This document shows, piece after piece, positions 35,662 to 36,870 of a stretch of DNA of 36,870 nucleotides (the first letter of the stretch is position 1; every line of letters begins with the position of its first letter). The stretch covers positions 1 through 36,870 of the forward strand of contig CAYZRE010000004.1 of assembly GCA_964479835.1 (NCBI GenBank), written 5' to 3'. The stretch is from an uncultured Candidatus Saccharibacteria bacterium. GTDB taxonomy: Bacteria; Patescibacteriota; Minisyncoccia; 2-02-FULL-40-12; GWA2-44-9. The notes beneath the pieces were generated by a model that saw nothing but the letters and a program-made list of their open reading frames with translations, was not told where the DNA came from and did no database searches. A program made the position numbers and the translations under genes.

Positions 35662-36216
35662 TTACTGAATAACCTCAATCTGGCAGGTCCGGCGTCCGAA
35701 CTTTACAGCAACGGAATGGTCAGCGAACCAGATGTCAACGTTATTCTGGTACCGCGTATTCATGCGGTCCTCAACAACGAAGATCTTATCCGGGTCTATG
35801 CCGCCACAGTTCTTGAACTTAATGGCGGTACCGAACGGGAACATGTTGGCCGCAACGATACCGTCGCGTACGTAGGTTCCCTTAGCTGTAATGAACGGGC
35901 TGGCATCGGTCTGAGCGACCTCTGAGTTGTATCCTGACACCTGGACTGTGTGGATCCGGCGGAGAGCCTTCGAGAGGCCACCAACCGGTGAGTTCACCGG
36001 AGCAACAGCATTTGCTACCAGAGTAGGCTGTTCCTCATCGGCCTGCGTTGCTCCCATAACGGAAGCGTACAGGGCATTGAAGGAACCGCTATCGGACTCC
36101 TGGGTTGTGGCGCCGTTAGAACGGAACCAGTCCAAGAAGCCGGCCTGAGCGGTCAGGGAGGTCATCAGTGAGATGGTAACGATCGAGACTACCAGGATGC
36201 GATTTAGCGTCTTCAT
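35662..36216 (-). CDS. Secreted 3D-domain (DPBB/MltA-like) cell-wall protein
   Basis: Signal peptide ending AQA; YNS...QTDASPFITA.G, GIVAAN..PFGT.I, VVEDRM, VDIW, A.KFGR. Confidence 0.85.
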   Translation of the reverse strand: MKTLNRILVVSIVTISLMTSLTAQAGFLDWFRSNGATTQESDSGSFNALYASVMGATQADEEQPTLVANAVAPVNSPVGGLSKALRRIHTVQVSGYNSEVAQTDASPFITAKGTYVRDGIVAANMFPFGTAIKFKNCGGIDPDKIFVVEDRMNTRYQNNVDIWFADHSVAVKFGRRTCQIEVIQ

Positions 36217-36375
36217 GGTATTGCCGTCTCTGTCTCCGGCGGGTCCCGCTAGGGGACCTTCCTTCGATGGAGTGGCGGTGTTGCAATCCGGCTCATCAGG
36301 CAGTGCAGAGGGACGAAAAAATGGCCTATTGAGCCATTCATTTACCCCTCATAATACACGCTGGATTGTACATAC

Positions 36376-36404
36376 AGTATAGCAAATACGACCCCTAAAG
36401 TCAA
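36376..36404 (-). promoter_or_regulatory. sigma70 promoter of the 3D-domain gene, giving a ~150-nt 5' UTR
   Basis: TTGACT-17 nt-TATACT with extended TG. Confidence 0.7.
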
Positions 36405-36411
36405 TGGCCAG

Positions 36412-36434
36412 AAAGGCCCTAAAATGGGGCCTTT
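36412..36434 (-). terminator. Terminator after tRNA-Gly
   Basis: AAAGGCCC-7 nt-GGGCCTTT. Confidence 0.6.
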
Positions 36435-36470
36435 TTGAGCACTAGAGGGCTATAACAGGGAAGTGGTCTT

Positions 36471-36544
36471 TGGAGCGGGTAACGAGAGTCGAACTCGTTT
36501 CTGGTCCTTGGCAAGGACCCATAATACCGGTATACGATACCCGC
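36471..36544 (-). tRNA. tRNA-Gly(GCC)
   Basis: Acceptor GCGGGTA/TACCCGC, U discriminator, anticodon arm GGTCC-TTGCCAA-GGACC, encoded CCA. Confidence 0.96.
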
Positions 36545-36601
36545 AACGAACAGGGACATTATAGCACGGAAATAGCTTCAAGCAATCAGTTCGGCAGGTG
36601 A

Positions 36602-36742
36602 TATGTCGCGAAATACTTATGTCGCACATTACTAAGAAAATACGGAAGGAGTGGATATCGATCTGGGGATAACGATGCGTCGCACATTATAGTATTGCCG
36701 TAGAGAGTGTGGATAGCTTGTAGGGATAAGTCTATTGTCGCA
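36602..36742. repeat. Intergenic cluster of GTCGC(ACATTA) repeats interleaved with degenerate DnaA boxes
   Basis: GTCGCACATTA at 36621 and 36679; TGTCGC also at 36604 and 36736; TGGGGATAA at 36664 and TGTGGATAG at 36708. Confidence 0.5.
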
Positions 36743-36751
36743 AAAGGGCAC

Positions 36752-36786
36752 AATCAGAAAGCCGCCCCTTAGGCGGTTTTCTGATT
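36752..36786 (-). terminator. Terminator after tRNA-Phe
   Basis: AATCAGAAAGCCGCC-CCTTA-GGCGGTTTTCTGATT. Confidence 0.75.
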
Positions 36787-36795
36787 CATCAATCT

Positions 36796-36870
36796 TGGTG
36801 CCGGGCCCCAGAGTCGAACTGGGCACGCCTGCCTCTTCAGGGCAGCGCTCTACCGATGAGCTAGCCCGGC
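36796..36870 (-). tRNA. tRNA-Phe(GAA)
   Basis: Acceptor GCCGGGC/GCCCGGC, anticodon arm CTGCC-CTGAAGA-GGCAG, encoded CCA; the window ends exactly at its 5' end. Confidence 0.95.

Noticed and set aside
36260-36300. Hammerhead ribozyme (CTGATGAG on the - strand)
   Set aside because: The required GAAA core and matching stems were not found.
1-36870. CRISPR array, rRNA, IS element, or alternative genetic code 25
   Set aside because: No regularly spaced repeats, rRNA motifs or transposase seen; TGA terminates conserved genes (yidC, ruvC, nusA) at expected lengths.

Overview
Core chromosomal region around the replication origin of a reduced-genome bacterium, most likely Patescibacteria/CPR (Parcubacteria-like). 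That placement is inferred from gene content and style; TGA is used as stop, so code 11. The centre is jag-yidC-yidD-rnpA-rpmH <> dnaA-oriC-dnaN-(dciA-like). Other core genes are pcrA, rsmA, a class A PBP, tyrS, ruvB/yebC'/ruvC, a PilB-type ATPase, nusA, tig, iscS, a CCA-adding enzyme and nine tRNA genes. Five things stand out. (1) A nine-gene, ~10.4 kb conjugation-type T4SS cluster (VirB6-like, PrgI/VirB3, TrsD-like, VirB4, plus secreted and membrane partners) sits beside oriC with no relaxase, coupling protein or integrase in the window. (2) A ~180-190 nt four-way-junction RNA lies between ruvB and pilB, with its own near-consensus sigma70 promoter and nine G-U wobbles that all favour the + strand. 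(3) An ECF sigma/anti-sigma pair has an apparent promoter motif (TGWAAGAGA-N13-CGTCATA) found twice, defining a mini-regulon. (4) A 170-bp structured insert duplicates the 3' end of tRNA-Ala(CGC) and carries an antisense copy of its T-arm. (5) Leaderless gene starts are widespread, including a 51-aa, half-acidic protein and rpmH, both missing from the ORF track. All calls come from motif reading by eye; no database searches were run.
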